A stretch of 64,000 nt of DNA from the NCBI RefSeq assembly GCF_000315625.1, contig NW_005434665.1, positions 493,220 to 557,219 on the forward strand. The letters are read 5' to 3'. How positions within the stretch are numbered: position 1 is the stretch's first letter; every line of letters begins with the position of its first letter. Positions 28,501 through 41,755 of this stretch are shown here, in pieces. This stretch comes from Guillardia theta CCMP2712. Lineage: Eukaryota > Protista > Cryptophyta. A program made the position numbers and the translations under genes. Below the pieces are notes generated by a model. That model worked only from the letters and a program-made list of their open reading frames with translations. It did no database searches and was not told the DNA's origin.

Positions 28501-31291
28501 CCACGTAGTCGAGCAGCGCCCGCCATCCGTCGCGCAAGCAGTCGGCATGGCTGAAGGAGATCGTGAACATCGCCTGCGCCGCCAGCTGTACCTTGTGGTT
28601 GCGGACGAAGATCCAGTTGGCCTCCTCCTCGAGGGGCTTCAGGGCGTCGGAGGACTCTGCGAACTTGTAGAGCGACTTGATGAGGGTCGCGATGAGCTTG
28701 TTGAACTCATCGTGCAGCCCATGGGAGGAGCAGATCTTGGCGAAGTCGTGGAAGCCCTCGATCGTCTTGCGAAGCACCTTGTCGTCCTCGGTGGTCTCGA
28801 AAACAACGGAGAAGGCGGAGATGATGCGGTCCCAGGCGACGAGGAACATGTCTCGTCCATGGATCGATCCCATCGCAGGAGCAGCGACGAACGCGTTGCG
28901 ATATTTCTGCCCCATAGTGGCGAGCAAGTCGTCCCATCTCGGCTCAGCGTTCGAGTCAGCATTCACATCCGCGAGGTCCTCCGACATCTTGATCTCGCTG
29001 GTGGCAATGCTGTCGTAGATGTCAGAGAGGAAAGCGAACGGGAGGTCCTGGTTGTCGTTGATTCCCCGGTTCATCTTCACGAAGTCTTCTTTCGTCATCT
29101 TCTTCTTCACCTGGTGGTTGTGCAGGTCCGTGTTGAGCATGATGATGGCGTAGGAGAGGATGTAGGCTGTGTCAGCGTTGGCAAGGGGCCCAGGAGACTG
29201 ACTGAAGTAATGGCCTGCAAACCTCTCCACGATACGAGCGATCTTCTGTGACTCTCCGGGGAGGCGGAAGGAAGACAAGAAGCGGCGCAGGGCATCTGCA
29301 AGGGCGAGGTCGGTGAAGTCGAAGCTATACACGTAGCGCTCCAGCACGTCCAGAGCGAGCTCGTCAGGCTCTCCGAGGTAGCTTCCTATCGCCGTGCGGT
29401 CAAGGCCCGGAGTATTGAGGAGGAAGTGGCAGAGGCTTTCAGCGTCAAGGGTGTCAGGGAGGAAGCCTGTGCTTTGCAGGAACTCGAAGCTCTTCTTGGG
29501 GTTGCGATTGAACTGCTCGGCTGCCATGGCAAGGCGCTTCTTGTGCTGCTTCTGATGGCGAAGCTTCTCAGCCGTGCTGGGCACAGCGAGCTCCTGGTCG
29601 CTGCCTTCGTCAGTCTTCTCATCCTCCTCCTGCTCGTGCATGTTTCCTCCATCGCAAGCCTCGGCCAGCGACCTGACGATCGCCAAGAGGCCCTCGAGGG
29701 AGAGCTGATTCAAGGCGTTCAGCGAGCCCGAAAGGGGGAAAGTGTTCTTGGAAAGGTATTTACACATGTCTTCGAACAGGTTTGTGCACTGCACGTCGCA
29801 GTCGTAGTTGGTGTAGATGTCGACCATGAGCTGGGGCTCCTTGCAGAACTCCACCAGCGACTCGAGCGCCATCTCCCGCGTCTCGTAGGAGGAGGACTCG
29901 GCAAGGTGGATGCTGTTGAAGAACACCTCGAGCTGAACCTTCATGTGCTCCCTCACCGAGTTGAACATGTTGAACACGACGCGCAGCGTGAGCGACAAGA
30001 TCTGCAGGTTGTTGGTCCTCGAGTTTTGCAGCAAGTTCCTCGAGAGATCATGCTGGATAACTCCAACCAGGGCCGGACAGGCCGACAGTTGCCTCCCTCC
30101 CGTCTCAAGTACTACGTTCACCAGCGACAGCCCCAGCATCCTCGTCTGCTCGCTCCCCACGGGGTCTGAGCTATCTCCTGCATGCGTGAGCTGGCACAGG
30201 AACTCCAGGATCTTGAACATGCACGGCATGCCATACGGTGGCGCAACGTCAGCAGCCAGCCCCAGGCTCTCCTCATCATCGCCCAGGGACCCGTCGGCCT
30301 CCTGGTCATTAGCGGACCCATTCGCATCGTTCTCGCTTCCCAGAGAGCTTCTCAGCGGCCTTGATCCCACCACATCCTGCGACAGCTCCCCCGATGCCTG
30401 CAGCTGGCTGAACCGAGCAAACACAGTCAGCACCACCTGCATCAGCATGTGTTCCGCTGTCTTCTGCAGCAGTTCACTCAGTCGCTGCTGCTTGCCGATG
30501 TCAAAGCAGCTCTGCACCATGTCCCACACGTTCTGATCGGACAACAAGGTGCCTGCAGGACTTCTCAGACAGTCCAGCAGGACCTGCAAGATGCGGACCA
30601 GCACCACTTCGTCTCCGCTGTGGTCCGTCCGCTCGAACCGGCATCTCGTCACTATCCTGCAAATCCGACAAACGCTCTCAGCCGCCCGAGGCGACCCCTT
30701 GTGGATGAAGCCGTAGTTCAAGAACTTGCTGAGAGAGGACAGAGCTCCTCCTGTGATCGGGCCAGAAGTCTCTGCAGATTCGATAACGTCCAGGAACGGC
30801 CGTAGCCACGCCATAGTGTCCATGTCCTGCAGGTTGGTGTAGGGCCCCAGCTCCTCATGCAGAGCCTTGAGGCCTCTCACCAGCGGCGACTCAGCAGCAG
30901 CAGGCACCTCACGGTGAAAACGAGCGCCATGGTTGTAGCGCCTGTTCAGGCGCATGAGCGAAAGAACATTGTGGATTTCCCCTTTCACGATCCGAACACT
31001 GTTCTCAATGCAAGATTCCATGATGACAGTTCCGGGATATCGCCTACAGGAGCTCGCTCCATCTGTGCTAGAGGTAACTTGCTTCATTGGCGTGGTGAAG
31101 GAGTTCAGAGACTCCTCCGCCTGAGAAGGAATTCCTCCTTCCTTCCCTTTTACCCCCGCCGCCATGCCGCTGACGGTCTCTGGCCGCTCCTGACGGATCT
31201 GGTCGATGTTGCAGTCTATCCTCGATGCTTCTGTCGCAGCCTCCGAAGATTTGGGGCTGATCAGATGGTCCTCACTTGGTGTAGATTGCAT
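25512..31291 (-). CDS. GBF1: Large Sec7-domain ARF-GEF of the GBF1/GNOM family
   Basis: DCB domain (PFLDVIESAETSGPITGGALSSLSKFL, CRFERTD..DEVVL), HUS box (YTNYDCD), Sec7 with Glu finger (FRLPGESQKI, LSYAIIMLNTDLHN), HDS domains, and small 3' exons down to a stop at 25512. Confidence 0.95.
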
Positions 31292-31779
31292 GCTAGGTCC
31301 AACACTTCACGGCCAGCGCCTCCGAAACCCTACCATCCCTCCTACTCAACTCCAAACTCACGAAGTTCCTCCAACCTTTCACAGAGAACTTTATCCCAGC
31401 TTCCTCTCTCCGTCTCCTCCTATCCTCCTCTCTCTGTCTCCTCCTTTCTCACTCTTCCCTTCACCTCTCCAACATTCTCCGCCGTCACCCTACTGCCACC
31501 ATGGACAGCGCAGCGCAGTACTAACTTTCACTCAAGTCGGACCCTCACGCTCTCCCATCCAGGTTTACCAGTAACCTACCATATCTATTTACCTGAAGTT
31601 GCAATTATTTGAAGGGGTACTTACATCACCCCACCCCTGTTTGTAGAATTATAATTTTTGCCAACCTTTGTTGGCACTCGGCGGGCCAGCCCTTATAAAA
31701 AAGTTCAACCAGGCACCGCCGGGCCTTCGAGCTAAATTTTGACAGTTACAGAGAGGATCTTTGTTGTAACGGTCGGATA

Positions 31780-32331
31780 ATGCCATGCTGGCTTTGTGGT
31801 GGCTAGTGGGTGGAGGGCGAGGCGGCGGCGAAGAGGTGCAGGCATCGAGGAGAAGGTGAAGGCAGTCGGGAAGAGGTGGATCAAGTACAAGGAAGTGCCT
31901 GGTAGCTGTCAGGACTCGTCGACCCTGGTGAGGAAACTTTCTCCTGCTCGTTGTCACCTTCGTCTCCTTCCCTACACACTCTGCCGTAGCATGTGGAGCT
32001 CGCTGCTTCCCTCTTCTCTTCCTTCTGCTGTGCGTGTAAACCCCTTCATTGATTACTTTCATGTCATCTTTGGTATGCAATATCCGTTACTCTCTGGAAC
32101 CACAGCTCTGTTCATTCCCGAACTCGCTCCCGATTCTGTTTCGTGCATGTCATTGTTTCCACCACAAGCTGCAGGGCACTTACGGCACAACCAGGGCATC
32201 GCTTTCCCTTCAGACCTTCCCTGGTCAGAACAGCTGCTGATGCATTGAAGCTTCCTGCTGAAGAAATGGACAAAAGACTCCGAGTCATCGACCCAGAGGA
32301 GCGTGTTTGCTGGGACCTTCCGATGCTGTAG
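31780..32331 (+). CDS. Small multi-exon hypothetical protein
   Basis: Exon-like segments IEEKVKAVGKRWIKYKEVPG...STL and ALTAQPGHRFPFRPSLVRTAADALKLPAEEMDKRL...PML-stop are bounded by GT/AG sites. No family was recognised. Confidence 0.35.
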
Positions 32332-32385
32332 AACGTTGAAGCGTTGGTGCCTGGTCCAACCCTCTGCTAGGACCCTGTATTCCTC

Positions 32386-35300
32386 ATGCTCTTCGAGGCG
32401 CTCACCAGCCGAGCAGGAGGGAGCCGGTGGTCATCCAACCCTCGTGCTTCCTCCGAGGGCATCGGTGGAATACTCCTCCTTTCCAGTCAGCAGAGCAGCA
32501 GGAGGAGCGCCATAGGAGGAGGAGTGCTAGTCGCCTCCAAGGTGCTGCGGGCACTGGCACTTCTTGCTGCCTACCGTGCGCTGGATGGAGGGACAACCAC
32601 GATCCTCTTTGCTGTTGCCACCCTCGCCTTCGCTTCCCTGGTGCTGCTGCTGCTGCAGCGGCCATGGACGGGCAAGAAGCTCGTGGTGAAGCATGTGGTG
32701 AGTGATGATGCTTGATGCCTGCCGCTGTGGTGACCTTGTTCCTCCTTCCTCCTGCCCTCCAGGTCAAGATCGTGGTTCAAAGTACGCTACTGGCCTCCTC
32801 CTTCCTCGTGTGGACGCGTGGGCTCTTCCTGTGCGGTCCCGCGACAACAGTTATGCTGGAGTACACGGAGGTGATCCTGCTGAGGTTGGGGAGGAAACTG
32901 TCCTCTCGAGCAAGCCGAGGAAGGTCCAAGTGGTGGTCCATCGCTCGCTCCCTTGCCCTCTTCTTCGCTTCCTGCCTCGTGCTGCTGTGGGAGAGGAGGC
33001 AGAGCTACGCAGCTGACGACGACGTGCCGCTCAAGCATGCGGTGAGGGGCAACAGGACGAGCTTCATCAGTCCTCCTCATGGTTACGACAAGGAGCATCA
33101 TGGGACGAGAAGCCTCAGCTCGCATGCGAAAGAGCACAAGCGCCACAAGTTCTCTCTCTCCTCTGTCCTTGCCCACGAGCTGGAAGTCTCCGGGCTCGAC
33201 TCGACCATAAACTTCGGAGAAGAGCAAGAAAAGCCCAGCGAGCTGGAAGATGCAAGGTTGTCGGAGCCTGCCACGGAGGATGAGGACAACATCAGCATCG
33301 ATATCGACTTTGACGATGATTCGACACTCCCCTTCCAGTTCGCGGCGAGGTCACTCTCTGAGTTTGCAACGGGTATCGGCATGCACGTGCTTGCAGCGGC
33401 TCTGTCTGCTCTGAGGAAAGGGCAGCTGCACAGTGCATCGAAGGACCTCGGAGGTCCGAAGCGTCTGTTCGCACTCGCTTGTCCTCTCTCGGCCATCCTG
33501 TTGCTCCTCGTCAGCTTCTACTCGAAGTTGTTCCTCACTTTCGGCATCCGATCGCTGCAGGCTGATCAGAGCCTCTTCCTTACTGTCAGGATTCACTGGA
33601 GAGAACTTCTGCAGTTCTCTTGTATGGGCCTGCTCGTCCCCTTCTACGCAGGAAATTTTGCGGACAAGCATCTGCCTGGCAGCGACTGCGCGCGCATCGG
33701 ACTTCTGTCTTCCGTCGCCTCTTTTCTTTTCACCTGGGCAGTTCGCATGTCGCCCGTCGAGCTCTCGTCTGGGGTTGTTGCTCTCACCGTCTTGTTCCTC
33801 ATCCTCTCCATCGGCGATGACGTCGGTGACGACTCTGTTCCCCTGGGGGTCTATAGTGTCCCCGGCTTTGCTAGCAGTGGCATGGCGTGGTCAGTGATCA
33901 AAAAATACTTCCGCCATCTCTTGTCAGACCGCGCCACCAGCTTTCTTGCTGTGCTGCTGAGCCTGGAAATAATACTCCTCGTCCTTGCCCTGCTCTACGG
34001 GATAACGTCATCGGAGTACCTCGCCATCGCTCCCGCTATTTCCTTATTCTTTCGCTGTACCATCATCTCCATCGGTAATTGCCCTTGTACCAGTGTTTTT
34101 CCTCCTTCTGCACCCTCGCTATCAACTACGGGTTTTGTTCTCCCTTTCCTCTTCCCCTCTTCTCGATCCCTTGATTTCTCCTCCACTCCCGGTCCCTGGC
34201 TTCCTCCTCCTTCCGCCGCCCCTCATTCCCGCCTAACCTCTTGGCCCACAGGACTCTTCGCGTCTTTCATGTCAACCTGCCGCCCTAGCTCCGCCTACTG
34301 CTATGGTCGTCTTAGAATTTCTCTTCCCCCTGCTCTCTCTGACCATCTCGAAGGCAATGGGAGGTATGAAGTCGTCGCAGCATTTTCCAACTCCATCTTC
34401 CTCCTCATGCGGGTCAGCCTCTTCTAGGATCACACCGCTGCCTTATCTTCCTCTTACAGGGCTGCCGCCTCGCCTTCTGCTTTGTTCGTCAGATCCTCCG
34501 TCGAGCTCCTCATAGTGTCGCACTCCACCTCTCCTATGGCAGAGCGATCCCTCTGGTATTGCCCTTTTACCACCTCCCCTCCTCCCTCCTGCTCGCCTAT
34601 CCCTCCTCTCTTCACTGCTTTCCTACCTCCCTTGCCTCCCTTCCTCCCCACTTCCTCTTTTCGAAGTCCCTCACTGTCGCTCAGGTCCTCGAGCTCCTCA
34701 TCAACCTCTTTGGTGTTTTCAACCTGTACAAGCTTGTCAACGACTCGGTTAGTCCAACCTCTCTCACACCTCTACCTCCACTCCCTTCGTAGCCTTCAAC
34801 GACGTACCGTCCTCTCTCCTTCCTCCTTCCTCCTCCCTCCCAACTCCTTTTCTTCTCTTCCTCGCTTCCATGTCGCACTCCATACAACCACGTCATCATG
34901 CCTTTCTTCTTTAACCCTGTGTCTTCCTCCAAATGACAGTGGACGTTGTGCAGGACAACTTCATAAGCGCTCGAATCATAACAGGGAAGGGACCTAGAGG
35001 ACTGAGAGGAGCGCGACCGGAGGTTTCCTCCGTCCTTTTGCTCCCAGTTGCGAGTTCTGATGTGGTGTAGGATGAGGCGAAGGCAAAGAGAGCGTCGGTT
35101 TTGATGGAACTTTCATCGCAAAGCAGCACACAGGCCTCGGTGACTCGACTGTAAGTAGAGTCTGATCCCTCTAGAGTTGGAGTTGAGAGCACGAGAAGTT
35201 GAGAGGGAGTGATGGAAGCGCGAGAGAAGGGGAGTAGGGAGAGGGAAACAGAGGAGGAACAGTGGACTTGGGACTCTGAGGCCAAGGCAGTAATGGCTTG

Positions 35301-36370
35301 TAACAGTTGGATGGCTATCGCCTCTTTCTTTCGCAAGTATCTGCTCCTCTCTGACAACCCTTTCCAAAACAGCAATCTGCAGGTGCCTCCCATTGACTCC
35401 CCTCCCCGGCCATCCATACTTTCCCCTCTCGATCTCCTCGTTTTGTTTCTACTCCCCTCCCCTCGCCTTCACATGCCCTTCGAACTTTGTCCTTCATGCT
35501 AGAGAGCTGATTCATTTCCAGGCGCTCTATCTCCACGTCCTCACGGACTGTCTTGAGCATGCTGCTGCCCTTCTGTGTGTCTACTCGCCCTACAACAAGA
35601 TGAAGCTCGTCGGATGCTACCCCGTGCTCCAGCTCCTCGTCGGTACGAGCAGCAGCATCTGTTCTCCTCCTCCTCAATCACCTTGTCTCTGCTCCTCCAG
35701 GTTGCATGACGATCGTCGCTTCCGTCCACATCCTCTTGGTCACCGCCCGGATCCTCCTCCAAGTTTTCCCTCCTGAGTTTCAGTCTGCCCTCCCCTACAT
35801 CAACCGCCGGGTCCTGGGCCTCCCTAACGTCACTTCATGCAACTCGCTGCACATCTGGCGGTAAGCCCTCCCTCGTCCTCCGCCCTCAGCTTCATGCCTG
35901 TCACTCCCTCAGCCTGTCACTCCCTCCTCCGAGGATCTGAGACTCCCTGCTGGCAGACTTTCGTCCCAGGTGCTGGTGGGAAGCGTTCACGTTCTTGCCT
36001 GCCACAATCCCGATGGGGTGTGGGAAGGTGAAAGCATCGTCAGCGCGACCACTGCCATTCTCCGCGAGTACGGCATCACCTACTGCTGCGTGCAGGTGAG
36101 ACGAGGAGGCAAGGAAGGAGGCAGGGAGGAGGGGAAGGAGGAGGGGAGGACGAGGACGAGGAAGGGGACTTTGTGACGAGCTCGCTCGCAGGTTCAGAGG
36201 GATGTGATGCAATTCAGCCCTGCTCGCCCCCGAGCCGAAAGAGTCTTTGAGCAGATTGCCTCAGACGAGAGGAGGGGACTACTGGGTCTAGGGCTCTCGG
36301 AGAACGGAGGTGCTGTTGCAGGAGGCATGGAGGACAGGAGGGAGGACTCAAGCCAACCGCATCTTCAGTG
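32386..36370 (+). CDS. Long-form cation diffusion facilitator, ZnT5/MTP12/Msc2-like
   Basis: ZnT5-type N-terminal membrane region (SKVLRALALLAAY...LQRPWTGKKL, GLFLCGPATTVMLEYTE) plus CDF core (YCYG/RYEVVAAFSNSIFL, ALYLHVLTDCL, GCYPVLQLL, ILREYGITYCCVQV). Confidence 0.85.
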
Positions 36371-36429
36371 ACAGTATAGGAGGTGAGAGCGTAAGGAACA
36401 CTGTTGCTCGGATATAGCCAGCGTTAACC

Positions 36430-37035
36430 CTAGTTCTTGTTATCCTTAGAAGAAAGCTCCTCTATTCTCTTCCTCAGTCGAAGGTTCTCGGCCTCCTTCT
36501 CCTTCACCTGGAGGAGGAGCTCGTCTATGTGGCTCTGAAGCTTCTCCTCCACCTGCCTGATCTCCTCCTCGAAGTTCTCGCTGATACCCGACATGCGCTG
36601 GATGGTCCCCAAGTGTTTGGTGCAGTGATGGCGCGAGATGGCGAGGTCAAGTTTGAGTTCATTGTTGGCTGCCTTGAGGCTTTCTATCTCTTTGCTGAAC
36701 TCTTCACGCACTTTCCGCTCTGTCTGCGCAGCAATCTCTTTGTTCGCCCTCTTGACCTTGACCATCTCCTGCTCGAGCTCCATCACGCGAAGTTGCATCT
36801 GGTCCCAGCCTTCCTGTTCCCTTGCGAGCAGTGGGCCCTCCGCTGATTTCCGCCGCAATGCTCTGGACGGAGAAGACAGTGGTGAAGGAGAGGGCGATCG
36901 AGAAGGCAAAGACGATGAAGATGACGACGAGGATGGGGAGGGAGATTGAGCAGTGGCTAGCACTACCATCGCTATGACCATGAAGCATCGGACTACTCGC
37001 CGACATGAACTCACCTGATAGATGATCCCCTCCAT
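36430..37035 (-). CDS. Coiled-coil hypothetical protein
   Basis: 201-aa ORF with a Ser-rich N-terminal part and a long heptad-like Glu/Lys/Leu-rich region. A short intron after IYQ|GTGAG is likely. Confidence 0.65.
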   Translation of the reverse strand: MEGIIYQVSSCRRVVRCFMVIAMVVLATAQSPSPSSSSSSSSLPSRSPSPSPLSSPSRALRRKSAEGPLLAREQEGWDQMQLRVMELEQEMVKVKRANKEIAAQTERKVREEFSKEIESLKAANNELKLDLAISRHHCTKHLGTIQRMSGISENFEEEIRQVEEKLQSHIDELLLQVKEKEAENLRLRKRIEELSSKDNKN

Positions 37036-39473
37036 GACAACTTGTTCTTCTGTGTCTTCTCAGATGTCAGTTGCTTCTGCCCCCTCCTCTTCCTCCGCTC
37101 TCCCCCGGTCGTCGCATCATAGGGTGGCAGAGAGAACTAATCTAATCAAAACTAATCGGGTTTAGGACTTCGAAAACTAATCCAAGTCTAGAACAAACTT
37201 GACTTGCAGTGAGGGCCCGGGCTCGGCAGTCTCGGGTCCGAGGATGCCGGCCGGCCCGGACAGTCACTGAGTGCTGTGCCTGATAAGTCTTTTGAATACA
37301 TTTGAAATTTTTCATAGTATAATTTCAAGAATTACGTTCACGAAGATTGAAACGCATCGGTACTAAGATTTAACAAATACACGTACTGATTTTTAAATTT
37401 GTCATACAAATTAAAAACACCCGGCCGCCTCAGCCCCCGAAAAACACAACGGTTGATGACTCGTGAGGTCTGCAAGCATCGTTCCAGTACCCCTATTTCT
37501 GACCGGAGGGAAGGGGGTAAAGCGAAGGGCAGGAAGCAAGGTGGAAAGGTCACAACGAGTGTGTACGGTGAGCTAGAGGACACTTCGCAAGAAGGGTAGG
37601 GTAGTTTTCTGAACCTTTTAAACTGGTGGGTACTTTTATAGTTGATGCAGAGACAAAACTAGGGGTGTCAAAAAGCATCTGAATTCAGATGGTAGGGTAT
37701 CCTTGTGTGATAGTGGGTGGGGGTTATATTGATCTCCATGGATCTCGCTGAGGCCGGGTTAGAGATACGACCCCATTGAAACCTGTAACCCACCTACCCC
37801 TCCACCCAAAGTACTCTTCTCCCTTCCCGCTAAAAGATACATTGTTTAATAATGATACATGAAGATTTGAAAATATTTAAACAAAATTGAGCAATATTCT
37901 CAAATCTCAGCCATTGCCAACCCCGTGGCTGTCTTTCAAAAATGCCCCCATGTCCATCTCCTTTATGCATGCACCTCCCTAGGTCCTTTCATTCACCCAA
38001 GATTCTAGTTCCTGTACCCCCTCATCCTACTCTTTTCACCCTACCCTGAAGACCCACCCACCCACGTCATGCTGAACAAAATCACCCCACCTCCTTCAAC
38101 TCACGCTGGTGACTCTCTGCGTCCCATCCTCTCGTATGGACACAACCATAGGCCACGATCGTCTCTTTCACCCATGATCTGCAAGATAACCCCACCCATT
38201 TCCATCTTAACCCTTGAATTTAGCTTTCAAATCCCGTTCGAATGTGCTATCTTGAGTACCCCCACCTACTTTATTCACTATGCGTTTTTCGACAAGTCAA
38301 CAGTCTCCAAAAAAGATTGAACAAGTAGAGTATTAAACATAAAAGAACATTTATTTGTAAAAGTCTTATTTTTACTGTAAATTCTGTTTTAAATAACCCG
38401 GGTGCACCCCCCATCCCTCCACTACCCCTACCATCCAAGTAAGAAGTCTACCCTATCTGTGTCTTGGCAGGCTACTGTTCACCCAGACATTTCCATAATT
38501 CTTCACTAGAATAAGGGGGTATGCTCAGGACCCATTTGGAGGCCACCCCCCTTTTTCAGTTGCCGACCGTAGTACTATGAATCAGTGCGTTGTAATAATA
38601 GATATATGTTGTAAAACTATTTTCAAACCTGATCCACTACCCCCCTGGAGAGGGTATTTTCAGGTGGGTAATCTGTCCCCACATGCCGTAATATTCCCTG
38701 GTATTCTAGACCCTCGCTTCAACAAAATCCACCCCTCCTATATCATTATGGAGGGTCATATCGATTATAGTACCCCCTTTTTCATCAATAAAGTACCCGG
38801 TTTGATCACTGTAAATAGCTGATTAGTGGGGTGGGAGAATTGTTTGGGTGGGTTGTGCTACCCCACAGTACACATAACTACCCCCCCTGTAAAGAGAAGA
38901 AAGACCCCCTTCCACCCGGATCCAATGCTTCGCCCTTGTTTTCGAGACGCTCCACCAGCCGTCCTTGAAGCTTCTATGCTCTACCTTCACTCTCCTTGGC
39001 AGACGACTTGAACGACTATGTTGCTCACTTCTTTCCTCCTGTCTGTCTGCTCATTCCAGCCAGCATCATTGCTTGTGTGTTCTTGTCGCAATCTACACGC
39101 TTCCTCGTAAAACCTCCGAATCAGTGTTCATCACCTCGCACCCCCATATTGAGCCCTCAACATAGATCAAATCTCGTCCCTCTCACCATAGCAAATCGCC
39201 CTGGTTGATGTGATTGAGTATCTGGCTCCTCCTTGCTACATTTGCTTCATGTCGTGAACGCTTTTCTGGCTTGCTTTTCTTTCGTCCGATCCCTGCCTCT
39301 GAACCCGGTTATTCGTTGCTCTCCTCCCTCGTGCTTCCTATTTCTTGCCCTCGGTTACTATTCGTGTGCTCGTCAACTGTTGATCATCCCGATTTGAATT
39401 GTTTCTCCGGTTTACTTAGCTAGAGCAAAGAAAGGGGTTGGTTTCTGTGAGCCAGCAGTGTTGTTAGTTCTCA

Positions 39474-41646
39474 ATGATGATTGAAGACGCAAGATGTCAA
39501 TCGTTTCTAAATATCATTGCTCAAATACTGATTCATGGTTTCGACAGGTCAAAAGAGGATTGTGGTGGCTTACAGGGATTTGGACGGAGAAGAGCCTGTA
39601 ATGGAGAGACTGTGATCAATTCAATGGCAAGCATCGATTACATGCGATTGCAGTGCGCCAAGAGCGAAGTCAATCACTTTCCCATGGGATCGAATTTCCA
39701 AAGTTGTGCTATGCAGAGTTTTGTGCAGGATGTATGGGGTCAACAACAACACCTCAATGTAAAATCTTATGCAAGCAATAGCCCTTCCAAGACCTCAGAA
39801 GATTCCCATGATGTGGCAACAAAACGCGGCGCAGTAACTGGCCAGATGCTCAGGGAAAATTTTCATCTGCCTTTGCACACAGTCGCCAAGAAATTTGGCA
39901 TGTGCACAACTGCATTCAAGAAGCTCTGTCGAAGACTTGACATCCCTAAATGGCCTCATCGACAGGTATGGTTTCGCCATGTGTGACGAACTCAGCTAAC
40001 ATTTGTCTCAGCTCCGTGGCATAGACAAGAAGATTGCTGCATTGAAAACAGAGCTCACATACTCATCGGCGGCTGAAAAGAATCAGTACCTTGCCGGACT
40101 CTCTTCACTGGAAGTGCAGAAGGCACGATTGGCCCAAGGAGCTTTCCAGGCTGGTGGCAACGATGTTGAGAGTGATGACTCGGAATCGCCATCCCAGAAC
40201 TCAGGCATTGAGATCAACGCTACCCCACCACCTCACGACAACCGTAGGGAGGTTGAAGCTGAGAGCGGATCGGACGAGGCGTCTTCCCCCGACGACGATG
40301 ACAGAAAGAATCCTGCTGATTCTGAAGGTCTTTTCGTCGGCAACGTTCTTACTCTGAGAGAGCTACGAGAGAATTTTCACTTGCCTCTGAGAACAGTGGC
40401 AAAGAAGTTTGGCATGTGCACCACTGCGTTCAAGAAGTTATGTAGAAGGTACGCGATCGCCAAATGGCCACATCGTCAACTTCGAGGAATCGACAAGAAA
40501 ATCGCAGCACTCAAAGCAGAAATGAATTATTCGAGCATTGATAAGAGCTCTGCAAAAGTCAATCTTCAGAAGTTGGAAGAAGCAAAGGCGAAACTTGCAT
40601 TTTCATCTGGAAGAGATTGCTCGAGCAAAAGAAATGAAGGGGATCACTCGCCATCGGTAGAACCACAAGTTGCCAACTCTGCGAGTGGTAATGGAATGCA
40701 AGTATCAGCTCTGGTCCTTGATGAGAGGAAGGAGAACTTGATTGTCTCGGAGGATTCTTCGACCAAGAGAGTCGGAATTCAAAACCTTCTCTGCGACGAC
40801 GACGAGGCCGATGACGACGAAGCAGACAACACCAGCGACAATGCAAACAACAACGAAGGGAGTCCTGCGAACAGCGACAAGATTGCGCCCAATGTAGTCC
40901 TGACAGAAGACATCCTTCGGCAGCACTTCCACCTCCCATTGCAAGTAGTGGCGAAGAAGTTTGGGATGTGCACAACGGCGTTCAAGAAGCTCTGCAGAAG
41001 ATTTTCTATTGCAAAATGGCCGCACAGGCAACTTCGGGGAATTGACAAGCGTATTGCGGCATTGAAGGCAGAGCTGAACTATTGCACGCTAGACAAGGAC
41101 AGCGCCATGAGGAACCTCTCCCTGCTGGAGGAGGAGAAGGCGAGATTATCTCGAGTAGCTCTTGGGTGGCAAGCGTCTTCCGCCACCAAGTGCAAGACTG
41201 CAGCCAACGAAGCAGAAACAAACAGTGCTAGTGCGAAGGACGTGGTGAAGTGGCCGATTCTTCCTTCTCCCTCTGCCTTGGACCTGCTTGCCACAGTTGC
41301 CGGAGTTGGGAATGATTCAAAAGACAAGACTAGACACATGGAAGGAGCAGAAGTACGGGGAGGTGGCCTGGATTTCTCTGCTTCCCGTATGGACCTGAAG
41401 TCCTTCAGCCGAGGAGCAACTTTTCTGTCGACAAGCTCCTTTGAGACACCCCCTCTCCTGCCGATGTCGCCCTCCCTCTCACACGGCGACATGACGCCTC
41501 TGCTGACCCCGCAGCTTCTTGCCCTGGGATTCCAAGCTTCACATCCTCTGGCTAAGCCGTTGGCTGATCTCTCGTTCCCAGGAGCAAGGGATTCAAGCTT
41601 GCGACTTATTCCCACCTCCTTGCCCTGGTTGTCACACGGGCGATGA
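39474..41646 (+). CDS. RWP-RK transcription factor with three RWP-RK domains (intron 39966-40010; true start possibly ATG ~39625)
   Basis: Three near-identical motifs LR(E/Q)(N/H)FHLPL..VAKKFGMCTTAFKKLCRR..I.KWPHRQLRGIDK at ~39845, ~40360 and ~40915, each followed by a short coiled coil. Confidence 0.93.
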
Positions 41647-41755
41647 GGCCAACAGTCTTTTGTATTATTTCTTAAATCAAACATGCTCAACGATCTCCCT
41701 TATGTTTCTCCATCCACTGGCCCTGCTACCTCGCCGAGTCTTCTTCACTTTCCCC

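Noticed and set aside
27641-30805. Long plus-strand ORFs antisense to GBF1 (and similar ones opposite UTP13 and the ARM gene)
   Set aside because: They are shadow ORFs expected from high GC3 codon usage of the real gene on the other strand.
36950-37012. Signal peptide or TM segment (CFMVIAMVVLATAQ) in the coiled-coil ORF
   Set aside because: It follows a strong CAG|GTGAG donor and probably lies in an in-frame intron.
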